A stretch of DNA of 64,000 bases from Lama guanicoe (GCA_013239625.1 MU053594.1:2794127-2858126); one strand, 5' to 3'. Shown: positions 50,111 through 63,628, counted from the first letter of the stretch. Notes: a model not told the origin generated them from the sequence alone. A program made the numbers and translations.

Positions 50111-51284
50111 ACATAAACACTATAATTGTCGGGTAAGAATTTCTAAACATACCTATTAAATTTTTTAAAAGGAAGATGTGACCATAGTGTCAAAAACATG
50201 ATGAATGTGAAAAATAGTGAGCTATTTTACGAAGTCTCTTATAACGTTTGGGATAAGATTAAGGAGGCCCACAAGTAACCGTTAAACAATCCTAGTCAAA
50301 GGGGGTTGATTAAAGAGTCGCCATCTTACACAGAGGGGTCTTCCAGTGGCTGGCTCTCCAGCTTGGCCCTTAGCCCTGCCCCCTTGTCGTGATATGAATA
50401 AGAATAGTTCAAGAATAAACTCTGAGAGCAACTTCTCTAATCTGACTAGTTTCCTGTGTGTTTCACTTTCTTGGTCTACATATTTAAACTCAAATCCCAC
50501 TCACTTTTCCTTGAAACTGTTCTTCATTCCAGACTGACGACAGAGTGAAATGCAGTCGTCACCTCTTCTCTTGCTATTTCTAAGAACCAGTACACAAACC
50601 TTCTTGTTTTAAGCATTTAGGGGTATTGTCGCTACAAGGAAATAGTCACAAGACAAATCTGAGAAAGTTATCATGCTTTTCCAAAGAACTACTATGGTCC
50701 CTAGTTGGTATTTAATTCATTTTGATTTAACAAGCACACTTCTGAACATCTAGTATACGCCAGGCAGTGTGCAAAGTGCCTCCAGGGACATGAAGAGAAC
50801 AAAACGGCCACCCTGCCTTCAAGCTAGCTGATGCTTCTTCCTTCATGAGAGCCTGTGATGCCTGCAGGGGCCAGCAATCCTGGAGGTACCCCTCCCAAAG
50901 CCAGCTTGTGAGCGTTGGCTTTTCTGAGGACCTCAAGCTGGCAAGATTCTCATGGCAAAGGACCTCAGTATAGTGAGGGAGCAGTAGTCCCTGGGGCATT
51001 TCTTCTGTGCCTTTTACCAAAATATGGATGACCAAAAACACACACACCACCACCACTACCACCACCATTGCCACCACCCACGATAATTTGTAGGTGGGTT
51101 GCATTTGCAAATATGTGAAGTGATACAGTTAGAATCCAGTCCCCAAATTCCAATATAACAAAATAACGTAGTCAGCTGTCCACAAGGCAAGCGTAAAACT
51201 GTTTAATATTTGATTATGTCACGTTTACACTAGTTTTTTTGGTTGGTTTATTTTTAGAAATAATGTGTTACTTGAAAACTATAC

Positions 51285-51493
51285 CAGGGGCTGGAGGAGG
51301 AAGGAATGGGGAGTTATTGCTTAACAGTTTCTCAGCTTTGCAAATTGAAAAGTGTTCTGGAGATGGATAGTGGTAATGGCTGCACAATGATATAAATGCT
51401 TAATAACACTGAACTATACACTTAAAATGGGTAAGCTGGTAAATTTTACATTATGTGATTTCCACCATAATTTTGCTAAAAACTGAAGGGGAA
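51285..51493 (+). mobile_element. Old L1 (L1MB-like) 3' end with an 11-bp flanking direct repeat
   Basis: CAGGGGCTGGAGGAGGAAGGAATGGGGAGTTATTG...GTTCTGGAGATGGATAGTGGTAATGG...CACTGAACTATACACTTAAAATGG; GAAAACTATAC at 51274-51284 / 51494-51504. Confidence 0.85.
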
Positions 51494-51754
51494 GAAAACT
51501 ATACTCAATGTTGAAGACAAGGCAAATATACGCTGTTGAAGTTTCATTTCCTCTGTGTGGGAAGCTAATAAAATGCTGGACCATCAACTCTAATACTATT
51601 TACCTGGACCTCTACGAACAAAATGCATTTGCTGGTGATTAGTGCAGAGTTCTGCTTTTCGGATTGAGGACCAACTACCCCTACAGGAAGGAGAAATTTA
51701 AATTAACAGCTTTAGGGCTTTCATAAACTCCATAAAACCTTAACACACAGTGCT

Positions 51755-52000
51755 TAGACCACATAATGTAGCTACTAAAAACATGGACTTTGGACAAGTC
51801 AAACTGGTTTACTTTTCCACCCAGACTCTTACCCCTTCCTAGCTGAGTGGCTCTGTGAGCAATTACTTTAGCTCTCTGAGTTTTGTAAGTTATAAGCGTT
51901 TACTGTCTACCTCTTGGGATTGTTATAAGCAGAAGTTGAGAGAGTGTATATGAAGTGCTTGGCCCATAGTAAGCTCCATAAATAGTGTTGATTATTATTT
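51755..52000 (+). mobile_element. MIR
   Basis: CATGGACTTTGGA...GAGCAATTACTTTAGCTCTCTGAG...TCTACCTCTTGGGATTGTT...AAGTGCTTGGCCCATAGTAAGCTCCATAAAT. Confidence 0.65.
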
Positions 52001-52310
52001 GCACATGGTGTTCTTTATATCCAAAAAGTTTGCTCCTGTCCACACTTACCCTGGCTTAAAAAGTGACACCTGGAAAAACTTACTGACCTAGGCATCCCAC
52101 ACCCTAGTCCCTAGTGAACTCCAAATATGCTGAGCTCTATAATTGCTCCTACCACATGAACTTTAATTGCATATGGATGTATTTCTCACATGAGACTGTG
52201 GACTCTTTGAGGGTAGATACTGTCTTGTATCTTTATATCCCAAGCATTTAGTAGTCCTCATCACATAATCATAAAGAACAATGTGAAATGGCTACTAAAA
52301 GATCTAATAT

Positions 52311-52450
52311 GAGTGTGTATATGTCCATGAATGACTGAAAAATTGTGCTGAACACTGGAATTTGACACAACACTGTAAAATGATTATGAATCAATAAAAA
52401 ATGTTAAAAATAAAAAATAAAAAATAAAAAAATAAAAATAAAAAGATAAA
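52311..52450 (+). mobile_element. Severely 5'-truncated young L1 tip (~140 bp) with a perfect 14-bp TSD
   Basis: TSD AAAAGATCTAATAT 52297-52310 / 52451-52464; body matches 45844-45940; (AAAAAAT)n tail. Confidence 0.95.
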
Positions 52451-54039
52451 AAAAGATCTAATATAATCTTCAGAGGTAAGTATAGAAATAGTGTGTTCTC
52501 TGTCTTTAAATTTTTTTACACATAAACTCTTTGGCCTTTGGGACAGGAGCTTGCAGAATATTATCTGCATGGCTGGATGAGATTCATTGTTGCCAAGTGT
52601 GTGAGGGTGTGGCAGGCATGGTACTAGGACATACATTTTCCAAGCATTCTTTCTTGGGAAACTATTCTGAGACTATGTTACTATATACCCTTTTGTGTTA
52701 AATTGTTTTCTATGAGAAAGTGAGGAGAGGATGATAGTAGATGAATATTTAAGGAGTGGGGAGTGCTAGTTCGGTTCAGTTTACTATTCTTAACTGACAA
52801 AATAAAGCAATTGGCAACTTTTCTGTTCCACATATCTCAGCATTCCACAGTTAAATTTTTTTTACTCATCAGGGAAACCAAAAACCCAAAAGCAGGTGAA
52901 AGTTCAGGATATTTCAACCCTAATATTCTGATTGTGATACAGAATTGTGTCCTCTAGAAATAACATCTAAACACATATTGGCCTATTTCAGAAAACTGAG
53001 AGATGACTCCCCAAACTCATCCCACCAGCTTCTATTAAGCTTAGGTCATGCCTTAATGATTTGAGGCCTGTGACAGATCTTTGGAAACTCGCTCACTCAC
53101 AACATTAAACTCAAGCTTCCTTGTCACCGGGAGACTGCATTTCATAAGGATGAGCCAGGCATGGAAGCCTATGGGGTCCTAAGATAACAGGCATGCTAGT
53201 AAAGTAGATACCTCTGCAGGCTACAATAAGCCACAGCTGTTAGGTCAATTTCATTTTCCAAAAATGAAATTTAGGCAAAACAACCAAAGCCTTAATCAGC
53301 CATTCTCTAGAAGAACTGCTGCCACAAACAGACTGACTTCTTTTCCCAGAACATTATTAAGTCGTCATGTGCTTTTCTACTATTTCCTTTCCCATCACTC
53401 CTACCAAGCAAGATGCATTTTAATAAAATTGGCTCAATAGTCAGATATTTCTCTCACTTTCTTATTACTTTAGAACTGTCCAAAGTCAGTGTTCATGACA
53501 TTTCAGCCCATCACATGGGAGTGATGGTCCACACACTGAAACTGGCTGATGTTAAATAGCCAGATATGAATGGGAACTTCGGCCAAAAGGTTGAGTAACC
53601 AGTAAGTGGGGAGGTGGTGCAAAGAGGGCATGATGGAGTTCGATTTAGAGATATTTTGTGAAACAAAACTAGTGTTAAGCATAACATTTCTAGTATTTTT
53701 AAATAATCTGGAGGAAAAAGCTCATGCCTACAGATTCTGACTTTGCAGGATTAGAACAGGGCTATTTACCATCCATTGTGGGACAATCCTGCCCCTGTGT
53801 TTCCCCCAAAACAGTCACCCAGTCCTTAACAAGAGGAAGACTACAAAGGGTTCCAGGACTGTGTTTTGCCAATAAAACTTATAATATTTATCTTGACAAG
53901 AGTAGCTGAGGACAGTCCTAGTACCTAATAAGAGTTACACTTAGCAAGTGTCAGAAGACCCGATAATTAAATAAACCACTTATCCTGAAAACTATCCTGT
54001 TATATTTCCTTAAGAAATACACCCTTCTACTCCCCAGGT

Positions 54040-54755
54040 GTCTATTTCAAATCTTCTCTTCTCTCTTCAAATCTCTAATTTTTCCTCCTCACACCTAAGG
54101 ATTTCATACTTCTCACCTCATATTTCATAGAAAAATATAAATGCAGTAGAAAAAAGAACCACCTCGTTTCCTAATGATCCTTCTGCCAACTTCCTTACAC
54201 CTTCATCCTTTTCCCTTCTGCATAAATGTCTCCGTTTCTAATGGATCATTCTCATTGACATGCAAACATGCCTTAATTGAGGTCGCCCATCTTAAGAAAA
54301 TACAAACAAACTGGACTCCCTTCATTCCACATTTCTCTAGCTCCACTGTTTCTCAGCTTCCCTTCGCAACAAAACTACTCAAAAGAATTATCTGTGCTCC
54401 TGTCTCTTCTTACCTGCCTCAGGGCCGTTTCTCAACCTCTTCTAATTGTGCTTTTGTTCCTGCCACTCATCAGTGACCTAACCTAGCCAGTGCCCAATTC
54501 TCCATCTTCATTTTCTGTGACCTCTCAGCAGCATTTGATGTGGTCTCTGAATATCTTTTTCTAAGCATTTTTCATGCCACAGGTGCTTGGTTTTTCTCCT
54601 CTCCCTGATAGGATTCCCTTCTTCCACCAAATTTTAAATGTTGAAGAAATATGGGGCTCTGTCCTCCATTCTCTAATCCTCTGTCTACACTCTCTAGGTG
54701 ATCCCATCCAGTCCCATATGTTTTAAGATAAAGACTCTGAAACATGCAGCTCTAG
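54040..54755 (+). mobile_element. L2 fragment
   Basis: GCAACAAAACTACTCAAAAGAATTATCTG...TGACCTCTCAGCAGCATTTGA...CTAGGTGATCCCATCCAGTCCCAT. Confidence 0.75.
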
Positions 54756-54756
54756 T

Positions 54757-55160
54757 CCAGAGACTCTTAAAGTTTGGTGCCATGAACACTTTCGGTAATC
54801 CGATCAAGCCTAGGGATCCCACCACAGGATGATGTTTTTAAATGTATGACGTGAAATACGAAGCATTGTCAAAGAAATAAGCTGTGTAGAAATGCAGTCA
54901 TCAAACATAAGAAAACAGACTTCTGACATTTAATAAAAAGTCCTTTTTAACTCATTGAGTAATCTGATACAGCAGTCTATAATATCTATAACATCAATGC
55001 AGTAGGGAGTATAAACAATATTCAAGATTTCTACTTTAACTGTAATGAAATATGAAAACATCTCAGTTTTCCCAGTGAATATATCACAAGTATTGATGCT
55101 ATTACTGTGATTTGTTATCTATAATCATAATGGACGGAAATATTAAATTTCAATAAAAAC
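54757..55160 (+). mobile_element. hAT-Charlie element (Charlie4a-like), truncated
   Basis: TGCCATGAACACTTTCGG...AAGCCTAGGGATCCC...ATGTTTTTAAATG; AACTGTAATGAAATATGAAAACATCT; TACTGTGATTTGTT. Confidence 0.7.
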
Positions 55161-55164
55161 CAAA

Positions 55165-56100
55165 TCTAGTAATATATAAGATAATAAATCATGATAAAGT
55201 GGGATTTATTCTAGGAAAACGAGACTAATTCACTACTGGTAGAACTAGTAACTGTAGTTCAGCACATTAAAGAATAAAGTGGGGGAACACATAGGTCAGT
55301 GGTAAAGTGAGCTGCTTAGCATGCACGAGGTCCTGGGTTCAGTCCCCAGTACATCCATGAAAAATGAATAAAACAAACCTAATTACCCCTCCCCACCAAA
55401 AGTAAAACAAAAACAAATTTTAATTGAAAAAATATAACAAAACAATAAAGGAGAAAATTATGCAGTCATCTCAAAAGATTTTTTTAAAGTGTTTGAGAAA
55501 GTTCAATATCTATTTATAATTCAAAAATAAAACTCTTATTAAATAAAACTAGAAACAGAAAGAAATTATCTCAATCTGATAAGAGGCATCCACCAAAAAA
55601 CTGCAAATAACATTATACTAAATGGTGAAATATTGAACACTTTCCTTACCAGAGGGAAGTAAAGAATGTTTGCTCTCATCACTTTTATTCAATATTATTT
55701 TGGAGATCCTAGCCAGTAAAACAGACAATAAAATAAAGAAAAGGTATAAATGTTGGAAAGAAAGGGATATAACTGTTTTAATTTAATTAAAATTATTGAC
55801 TATATAGACAATCAGAGAAATCTACAAACTATCTACCAGATCCCATAAGCAGGTTTAGCAAGGCCACAGTATATAAGGTCAACACACACAAATTAATTCC
55901 ATTTCTGTATACTAGCAACAATCAATTTTTAAAAATTAAAATTATACCATTTAAAAATTACAAAAAAATTAAATGCTTAGAGAGAAGTTTAAGAAAATAT
56001 AGACAAGACATGTTGAATAACAATTATTAAAATGTTCTTAGAAAATTAAATAAGATGGAATAAAAGGTAAAGGCACCATGTTTATCAGTAGAAAAAACTG
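55165..56100 (+). mobile_element. Ancient L1 ORF2 (RT-region) fragment interrupted by a SINE
   Basis: CATGATAAAGTGGGATTTATTCTAGGAA (HDKVGFI), AACATTATACTAAATGGTGAAA (NIILNGE), TTATTCAATATT...GAGATCCTAGCCAG. Confidence 0.8.
55281..55439 (+). mobile_element. tRNA-derived SINE, Vic-1 type
   Basis: GCTTAGCATGCACGAGGTCCTGGGTTCAGTCCCCAGTAC...AAACCTAATTACCCCTCCCC; TSD-like AAAGAATAAAG 55269-55279 / AAACAATAAAG 55440-55450. Confidence 0.9.
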
Positions 56101-56111
56101 AGCTTTCTTCA

Positions 56112-56835
56112 TTGTTTATATACATTTTTATCGAAGTATACTCAGCTTACAATGTTGTGGCAATTTCTGGTATACAGGATAATGCTTCAGTCATACATGA
56201 ACATACACATATTCGTTTTCATATTTTTTTCACCATAAGTTACTACAAGATTTTGAATATAGTTCCCTGTACTACACAGTATGAACCTGTTTATCTATTA
56301 TGTACATATTAGTATCTACAAATCTCAAACTCCTAATTTATCCCTTCCCCCCTGCCACGGTAACCATAAGTTTGTTTTCTACGTCTATAAGTCTGTTTCT
56401 GTTTTGTAAATAAGTTTGTCTTTTTTTTTTTTTAGATTCCACATATAAGTGATATCATATGGTACTTTTCTCTTTCTAGCTTACTTCACTTAGAATGACA
56501 ACCTCCAGGTCCATCCATGTTGCTGAAAATGACATTATTTTATTATTTTTTGTGGCTGAGTAGTATTCCATTGCATGAATATACCACTTCTTTATCCAGT
56601 TATCTATCGATGGATGTTGAGATTGTTTCCGTGTCTTGGCTATTGTATATAGTGCTGCTGTGAACACTGGGGTGCGTGTATCCTTTTGAATTAAAGTTCC
56701 CTCTGGATATATGCCTGGAAGTGGGATTGCTGGATCATATGGTTAAGTCTATTTTTAGTCTTTTGAGGGATCTCCATACTGTTCTCCACAATGGCTGCAC
56801 CAAACTACCAACAATGTAGGAGGGTTCCCTTGTTC
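56112..56835 (-). mobile_element. 5'-truncated camelid-type L1 3' end
   Basis: Minus-strand ORF MFTAALYTIAKT...MEYYSA...WMDLEVVILSEVS; 3' UTR is the reverse complement of other copies. Confidence 0.95.
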
Positions 56836-56969
56836 CCTGGAGAAAAGGGCACGATAGGCTATTTCTAACTAATGCAGTTAGGCCTAATCTTTTTCTACCT
56901 TCCAATCATAGGTTAGTCCTTCACATACTTCTTAGAGGTTTGGCAAACTAATGCTTATTTGTATACAAG

Positions 56970-57068
56970 TTCTTTTCTTTCTGCTTCCTGTCCCTTCCCT
57001 TCCCTTCCTCCTCTTCCTCCTTCCCTCCCTGCCTCTCCTCCTCTCCTTTCCTTCCTTCCTCTTTCTTG
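56970..57068. repeat. CT-rich polypyrimidine low-complexity tract
   Basis: About 100 bp of almost pure C/T. Confidence 0.85.
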
Positions 57069-58489
57069 GGCTCTTTCCTAAACATGATTTGGATGCTTGA
57101 AGGTCAGCAAGTTGACTATGACAGTTAATGGAGTGTGACTGTGTAGGTGGGGGGACACTTGTCTCCAATTCTGTGTCTGTGTAAAAAGACACAAAATAGA
57201 TGTGTAAGCCGTTAGCCAATAAAATACTTACATTCTGGATCCCCCAATTCCTCTACATGTATTTCATTAGCACGCGGAAAGAGTGTTAGTATTCGGCTAA
57301 GCTAAGCCCCACTGCCGTTCTTCTCATGGTAACATAAAAATGCAGCATCAGCTGCAATTGTATCTTGTCCCCTCTTCACGTCCCCCTGCAGAGCAACCGT
57401 ATGCCTGCAGCAACACAGTGTGTGATAAACTGAAGCTATCTTCACTTAGTGTTTCCTTTCTAGAAAGCATTATTTTCTCATCTTATCCTTGTATTCAATG
57501 GTGCCTAATGTGTCTTCCTAAGCAAAAGACTTAAAAGAAGATGTATTACTGCTGTAATGCAGACATTGTATGTTCCTTGGAAAATGAATGTGTATTTCTC
57601 TCCTCTTCCTGCCACATACAGCGTGCAAACAAAAGCCTGTCTGATCGCCTGGACCTGATGGGGCTAGCCCTGAAGCAATGCCACGTGCTTAAGCACATTT
57701 CTGCAAAATTCAATTTGCTAAAAACCCCATTAAACATACATGTATACTTCATTTCCTTCCATCACTCGGTGATTGCCAAAGCATTTCTGTATGTCAACAT
57801 AAGTATTTTCTTTTCTCATCATTCTCCTCTTCCTTTTCTGTTCTTTGAGCTATGGTGTCACTCAGTAATTTAACATCAGTGTATTTTATCACTGGGCCTG
57901 TGGAGACAACCTTCCATGCCTTAATGATCAGCTCACATAGAAAAGTCTCAAGTGTAATTTTCAGGAGAGTGATTTCCTATTGTTTCACTCTTATTTGCAT
58001 ACACTCTGGTTTTGTAAGGCCTTTTGGTGTGGTTTGGGAAAGACAAATGGATGGGTCATTTCTCTCCCCCCTCACCACCTGCTCCATCCTCTCCTCTCAG
58101 GAACATGGCCAGTACCTGCCACAAGATTAGAGAGTCGAGAGACTGCAGAATTAACCTGAGGCACCCACCCTAGAGCTCGGGTTCAGGGAAATTCACATCT
58201 GTGCTAAACTGATGACAATAAATACGACTTGTGTAGCCATTTACATTATTCAACAAGCTTCTACCTACATCTCAGCAAACCCTTGAAGTAAGTGTTAAAT
58301 ATATCTGAATTGAAGTTCAGGGCAGTTAGGTAATTTGCCTTTGTTTACACAGTTGGAAAGTGGAGCCAGAAAGCAAACTTAGATCCTTGACTGCTAATGG
58401 AGTTTCTGTACTTAATTTCACACTTTGTGCTAATGATTCTTAGAGGAAAGTACCAGCAGCAAATTCATAAACTTCGGTGGGTTTTTTAA

Positions 58490-58762
58490 AATTGAGCTAA
58501 AATTGCCATATAACATTATATTAGTTTCAAGTATACAACATAATGATTCAATACATTGCAAAATGATCACCACAATAAGTCTAGTTAACATCCATCACTA
58601 CACAGTTACAATTTTTTTCCTAATATTGAGAACTTTTAAGACCTTAGCAACTTTCAAATATATATTAAAGTATTATTAACTACAGTCACCATGTTGTACA
58701 TTACAGGACTTATCTTTTTTTTAATAACTGAAAGTTTGTACTTTTGACCTCCTTCACCCATC
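58490..58762 (-). mobile_element. L1 3' end (L1MA9-like)
   Basis: ATATAACATTATATTAGTTTCAAGTATACAACATAATGATTC...ATCACCACAATAAGTCTAGTTAACATCCATCAC...TAACTGAAAGTTTGTAC. Confidence 0.85.
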
Positions 58763-60304
58763 TTAGGTGTTTTTCAAATTTCTACTTTTAAGGATAGTTT
58801 TCAGTTTAAATAAAATGCTAGGTGGTCAAGTTACTGGATAACAATAGTATACATGAAAATGCTGGGAACATACGGTGACTGTAGAAAATAATGTAAAAGT
58901 GCTTGTGGGGATTTAAAAATATTTGTATGAGTCAGTTACTTGTTCTTCCTTAGAAATAAACATTGCAGTTTTTCTTCTTGATTGTTTTGGAATAAAACAG
59001 TTTTTAGGATTCATACTTCAACTATAAAATCTCTCTTCAAATGGCCACTTCATAAAATGGTTTTGTAATTCCAACCTAGCTATGAGAGGAATGAAGCCAA
59101 CAGATTCAAGGTTAATTGCTATGTAAGTGTTCCTTACCCAAAGACAGATCTATTTGCAAAGGTATAATCCTAGAGCAGTTGCCTCCCTGAATCAACCAGT
59201 CAACATTTACTATTCTAGGAAATTGGATCAATTTTAACTTTAATCTAAATATGGTACAATGAACAACAGCAGCAAACAAACAAACAGAAAACCTCCACTA
59301 GCATTAGCAAGCAAAATGAACACATTCTCTGTGGTTTGGGATTCTCTACGCCTTGGATCCACTACTGGATAATCTAAAATTTACTATCTTACTTGAAGAA
59401 CTTTAAAAAAAAAATGTCTTGTGTTTCTAAAATTTCAAAGGTGCACCCATGATATTTTTTCATCTATGACTCTATAATTCTTACAGCATATACCATTCCT
59501 GCCAAGAAACTAAAGACTCAGTTCAAAGCATGGTGAGAGTTTTTTTCCATGGCCCATTACCTTAGAATGTGGGTTCATAACACAGTAAAATAAAATCAGA
59601 GGATATAGTATTAGTAACTGATGTATTGGTCTCACTCAAAAAATAAAACCTATAGTCATTGATTTGCTCATCCCTGAAGCAACCTGACTGTCTGTACTAC
59701 ATAATACTGTACACATATCAAACATTCTTATTTCCACATAACCCACCGCAAAGTGATTGCTCCTCCAAGGTTTTCTGTTTTCTAATTCACAAACACGAGC
59801 ATTTGGCTATTTCTTCATAGAATCATACTGTAAAATACCTCCCGATCTGGCCACCTTACAGTAACTAGAAACCTTCCATTCTAAATATTAAATAAATACA
59901 TTTTTTTTCTCAAAAACACAACAGAACAAAGAATAAGAAGTATCTTAACAGGCAGTGAAACCAGAGCTTATTAGGTTTGCTTTGTTTTCCATAGGAAAAA
60001 TTATAACGGGATTAAGTAGAACAACAGTGTTTAGTTCTATTGAGAGAATCTCACCACTGTCTGCGCTTCCCCTGCTTCTTTGGTTCCTGAAGCACATCTA
60101 GAACCATAAGCTCTGCTGCCATGAAGTTCAGTTCTGATCTTGAATGAGAATTGCCTACGGTATGTCTACTAGATCATAAAACTGGATTAAGTGAAAGTCT
60201 TAGGAATCAATAATGCTATATTTCTCTGTATCGCATGTTTTCCAAGACAAGGTGAATAAGTGAGAAGAACGGAGATAACAAATCAAGTTAATTATTAAAC
60301 CTAA

Positions 60305-60325
60305 GCATGCGTGTGCGTATGCGTG

Positions 60326-60352
<27 letters not shown>
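60305..60352. repeat. Alternating purine-pyrimidine tract ending in (CA)13
   Basis: GCATGCGTGTGCGTATGCGTG(CA)n, directly visible. Confidence 0.9.
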
Positions 60353-60357
<5 letters not shown>

Positions 60358-61479
60358 ATATTAAAGGTTGGTACATTGAAAAGCCCATGATTGATGCAAT
60401 CATATAGGCCTGAATTAAATCCCAGCCCTACCATGTGTTGGGAAAATCATTTCTGCTTTTATACTTTAGTTTTCTTATCTGAGAGGGAAAAATCATCCAC
60501 AAAAATATTACGAGAATTAAATGAATATAAAAGACTTTGAAGTCATAGTAGCTGGGTTATGTTCCTGGCTCACACAATCCTAGCAAGTGACTGTACGTTG
60601 TAGGACCTCAGACTCCTCATTTTTTAAAACAGGAAGAAAAACAGTGCCTCTTTGATAGCTTTATTGTAAAGACTGAGATAATATATAAAGGACTCTGTTC
60701 AGTGCCAAGCCCAAAGTGGGCATTCGTGAAATGGTCATTCTCTTTTCCCCTTTCCTTTAGTTTCCAAATGTAACTTTCCTTCTTGTAATTATTCTTATTA
60801 AACATTCTAACAAGTTAACTTATATCAAACTCTCCACTATTAATATTTAGGAATATAGGGCAAAATTCATCTTAAATTCCATTCTGCAAGTGGAACTTAG
60901 TAAACGTGCCTATTTACAAATGTTTTGTTGATTCAAGAAATTCCTAAAGATGTCTTATTTTAAAAATCTTTTGCTTATGATTGTTAGAAACAAAAAACAT
61001 ACATAATAAGTACAAGAAGAAAATGAAAACAAGAGTCCTGCACCCAGGATTAATTACTGTTAACATCTTAGCAAATTAGCTTCTAATTCTTCTTTCTTCA
61101 CTTTAAGGAAAAAATCACTCTATTGTTTCTGTAAAGATAATACACGCTAATTACAAGACATTAAGCAATCCAGAAAAGTAAAGTTTTACAATCACTTTAA
61201 ACCTCACTACCCATAAATCACTATTATTAGTGTTAGAGGAAAATAATCCAAGATATTTCCTATACAACTATGACATAACATTGTAAAATGACTATTACTA
61301 AATTAAAAAAAAGTTAAAAAAAATATTTCCTACACAACTAAAGACAGCTGGATGAATTCATGTATGTATGTGTTTATGGATGGATGAGTGGATGGATAGA
61401 AAATAATTAAATTTTATCTCCTTTGAATTTTATGAAAGAAAATAAATAAATTGAAGGAATGATCATATTCAAAAAATTT

Positions 61480-61900
61480 CTACAGTTATAATCACACAAA
61501 GCCCACAGTTTACATAAGGGTTCACTCTTGGTGCTGTACATTTAAAGGGTTTGGACAAATGTATTATGACATGTATCCTTCTTTACAATATCATACAGAG
61601 TATTTCTACTGCCCTAAAAGTCCTCTGTGCTCTGCCTCTCCTCTCCCATCACTGGTTACCACTCATTATTCTGTTGTCTCTGTAGTTTTGTCTTTTCCAG
61701 AATGTCATATATTTGGAATCATGTGGTATGTAGGCATCTCAGACTGGCTTCTTTCACTTAATAATGTGCATTTAAGTTCCTCCATGAACTTTCACGGCTT
61801 GACAGCTCTTTTTTTTAGTACTGAATAATATTCCATTGTCTGATATACTGCAGTTTATTTATCCATTCATCTACTGAAGGACATCTTGGTTGCTTCCAAT
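61480..61900 (-). mobile_element. Old L1 (L1MC-like) 3' end
   Basis: AGTTTACATAAGGGTTCACTCTTGGTGCTGTACAT...GGTTTGGACAAATGTA...TTTCCAGAATGTCATAT...GAAGGACATCTTGGTTGCTTCCA. Confidence 0.85.
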
Positions 61901-61949
61901 CATAGGGTTGTTGTGAGCGTGAAATGTAATAACACAGCTATAACTCAGT

Positions 61950-62136
61950 GTTAGCTGATTGTTGCCTTGCAGAAATTGAGCCCAGTGTTATGAAGAGTTT
62001 CTGATCTTTTTCAAGAGGACTGAGATTTCTAGGTGGAATATTTTGATTTTTAAGGTTGGTAAAAAGTGTGAAAAAAAGTGTATGTTGAAAAACATGCCTG
62101 AATTCACTCAGTGGGCCATCAGTTTGCACCCCCTGC
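61950..62136. mobile_element. hAT-Charlie MITE (MER102/Charlie8-like)
   Basis: GCCCAGTGTT...TTTTTCAAGAG...GATTTTTAAGGTTGG...GGGCCATCAGTTTGCACCCCCTG. Confidence 0.55.
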
Positions 62137-62865
62137 TCTAGGATATTTGGGTAGCACTACTGATGATTCTTGTGCCCACTTGGGGGCTTGCAAGGACTGT
62201 TCTGTGGATTCGTTTTGGCTGTATTCTAAGCGCCTGGCACAATGTCTGACACATAGCAGGCACACAATAAATACACTGAATGAACACGGTGCACAGACAC
62301 CTCCCTCTGTATTCACTGTTATTCAGTCTAACGGTTGGTAAAACATTTAGGTTGCATTCTGAGATTGCTTCCTGTTAAAGGTCTGCTATTGGTATTTCCC
62401 AGCTGTTACACATTGCTATTCTCAGTACTTTGCTTCATGGTTTGTTTCAAAATATTCTGGATACATCCTGCTTGTGTCAGACATGGTCATCACACTCCTC
62501 CAACCGCCTTGTCATCACTTTGGTTTTCTGGCATCACCCGTTTCTACAACATAACATTCCCAGTGCAGAAAAAATGGTTTTACTGTCTGAGAAAAGACAA
62601 GGCTGGCCTAGGATTGTTCCTTCCCCATCAGAGATCTTCCTTATATTGTGCAGCATAGTGAAGATAGTTGTTTTACTATTTCATTCATTCATTCAAAAGT
62701 AAGTCCTTGAAAAAAAAATCATTGAAAGCATACTTGTCTGCCTGGCACCAAGAAGAAAAGACAAATAAATGCAACCTTCAATTTCAAGGAGCTTACAGGC
62801 AAGTAAACAGATGGTAGCAGTATAGTGTAAAACATGCTATGAAGAGAAGAAACCACACACAGGAG

Positions 62866-63118
62866 AGGCAGTACAGCCAAGTGGTTAAGAGCATGAGCTG
62901 CGGGCAGACGCCCCAGTTTCAAGCCTGGCTTCACTGCTTACCAGCTGTTTAACAAGTTATTTAACATCTTTGCAGCTTGGCTTTCCCATGTGTCAAATCA
63001 GGTGTGTGGGTTTCTACCTTGTAGGATTATAATGAAGATTTAAGTAAATTAATATATTGAAATGCTTAGAATAGTCTGGTATAAAGAAAGCACTCAATAA
63101 ACATTATCTGTTGCTACT
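62866..63118 (+). mobile_element. MIR, near full length, inside an L2
   Basis: GAGGCAGTACAGCCAAGTGGTTAAGAGCATG...CAAGTTATTTAAC...TGCTTAGAATAGTCTGG...AAGCACTCAATAAA. Confidence 0.85.
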
Positions 63119-63136
63119 ACAGAAGGTGTGCTTAAC

Positions 63137-63138
<2 letters not shown>

Positions 63139-63172
<34 letters not shown>
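63139..63172. repeat. (TG)17 microsatellite
   Basis: Directly visible. Confidence 0.95.
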
Positions 63173-63173
<1 letters not shown>

Positions 63174-63319
63174 TGCTTGGAGGTAGCGAGTAATAAAATT
63201 AGGAAGATTTTCCTGATTTAATTATTGATTTAAGTCTTAAAGACCATTTCCTCAACAAATATTTGTTGGGTATTTACTTTCACACTCGGCACTAAGTAAA
63301 TAAGTGTAAAGCAATAAGT

Positions 63320-63628
63320 TAGAAAATATAGAAGGAGAAATTCCTAGGCAAGGGAACAGCAGGTGCAAAGTCATGAAGGTGTGAGAGGTCATGACAAGTT
63401 CTTGGAAGTGCACATGGATCAGTGAGAGGGAGAATAGGGGGGGAAATGAAGAGGGGTAAGAAATGAGAAAAGGAAGAAGTGGGGGCCAGGGTGTCAGATT
63501 ATAGGCGTAGTACGTCATACTATGGCATTTGAAATTTATTCCATAGACACAAGGAACCACAGAAGGTTTTAAGCAGAGGGAGTGATGGGATCAGACTTGT
63601 GTTCTTAAAACGTTACTCTGGTGATCAC
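63320..63628 (-). mobile_element. L2 fragment
   Basis: ATTCCTAGGCAAGGGAACAGCAGGTGCAAAG...GAAGGTTTTAAGCAGAGGGAGTGA...ATCAGACTTGTG...ACTCTGG. Confidence 0.75.

Noticed and set aside
151..63560. Short ORFs in the six-frame track as host genes
   Set aside because: All are under 150 aa. Those with recognisable content are L1 remnants or antisense repeat sequence, and the rest show no domain or coding signature I can identify.
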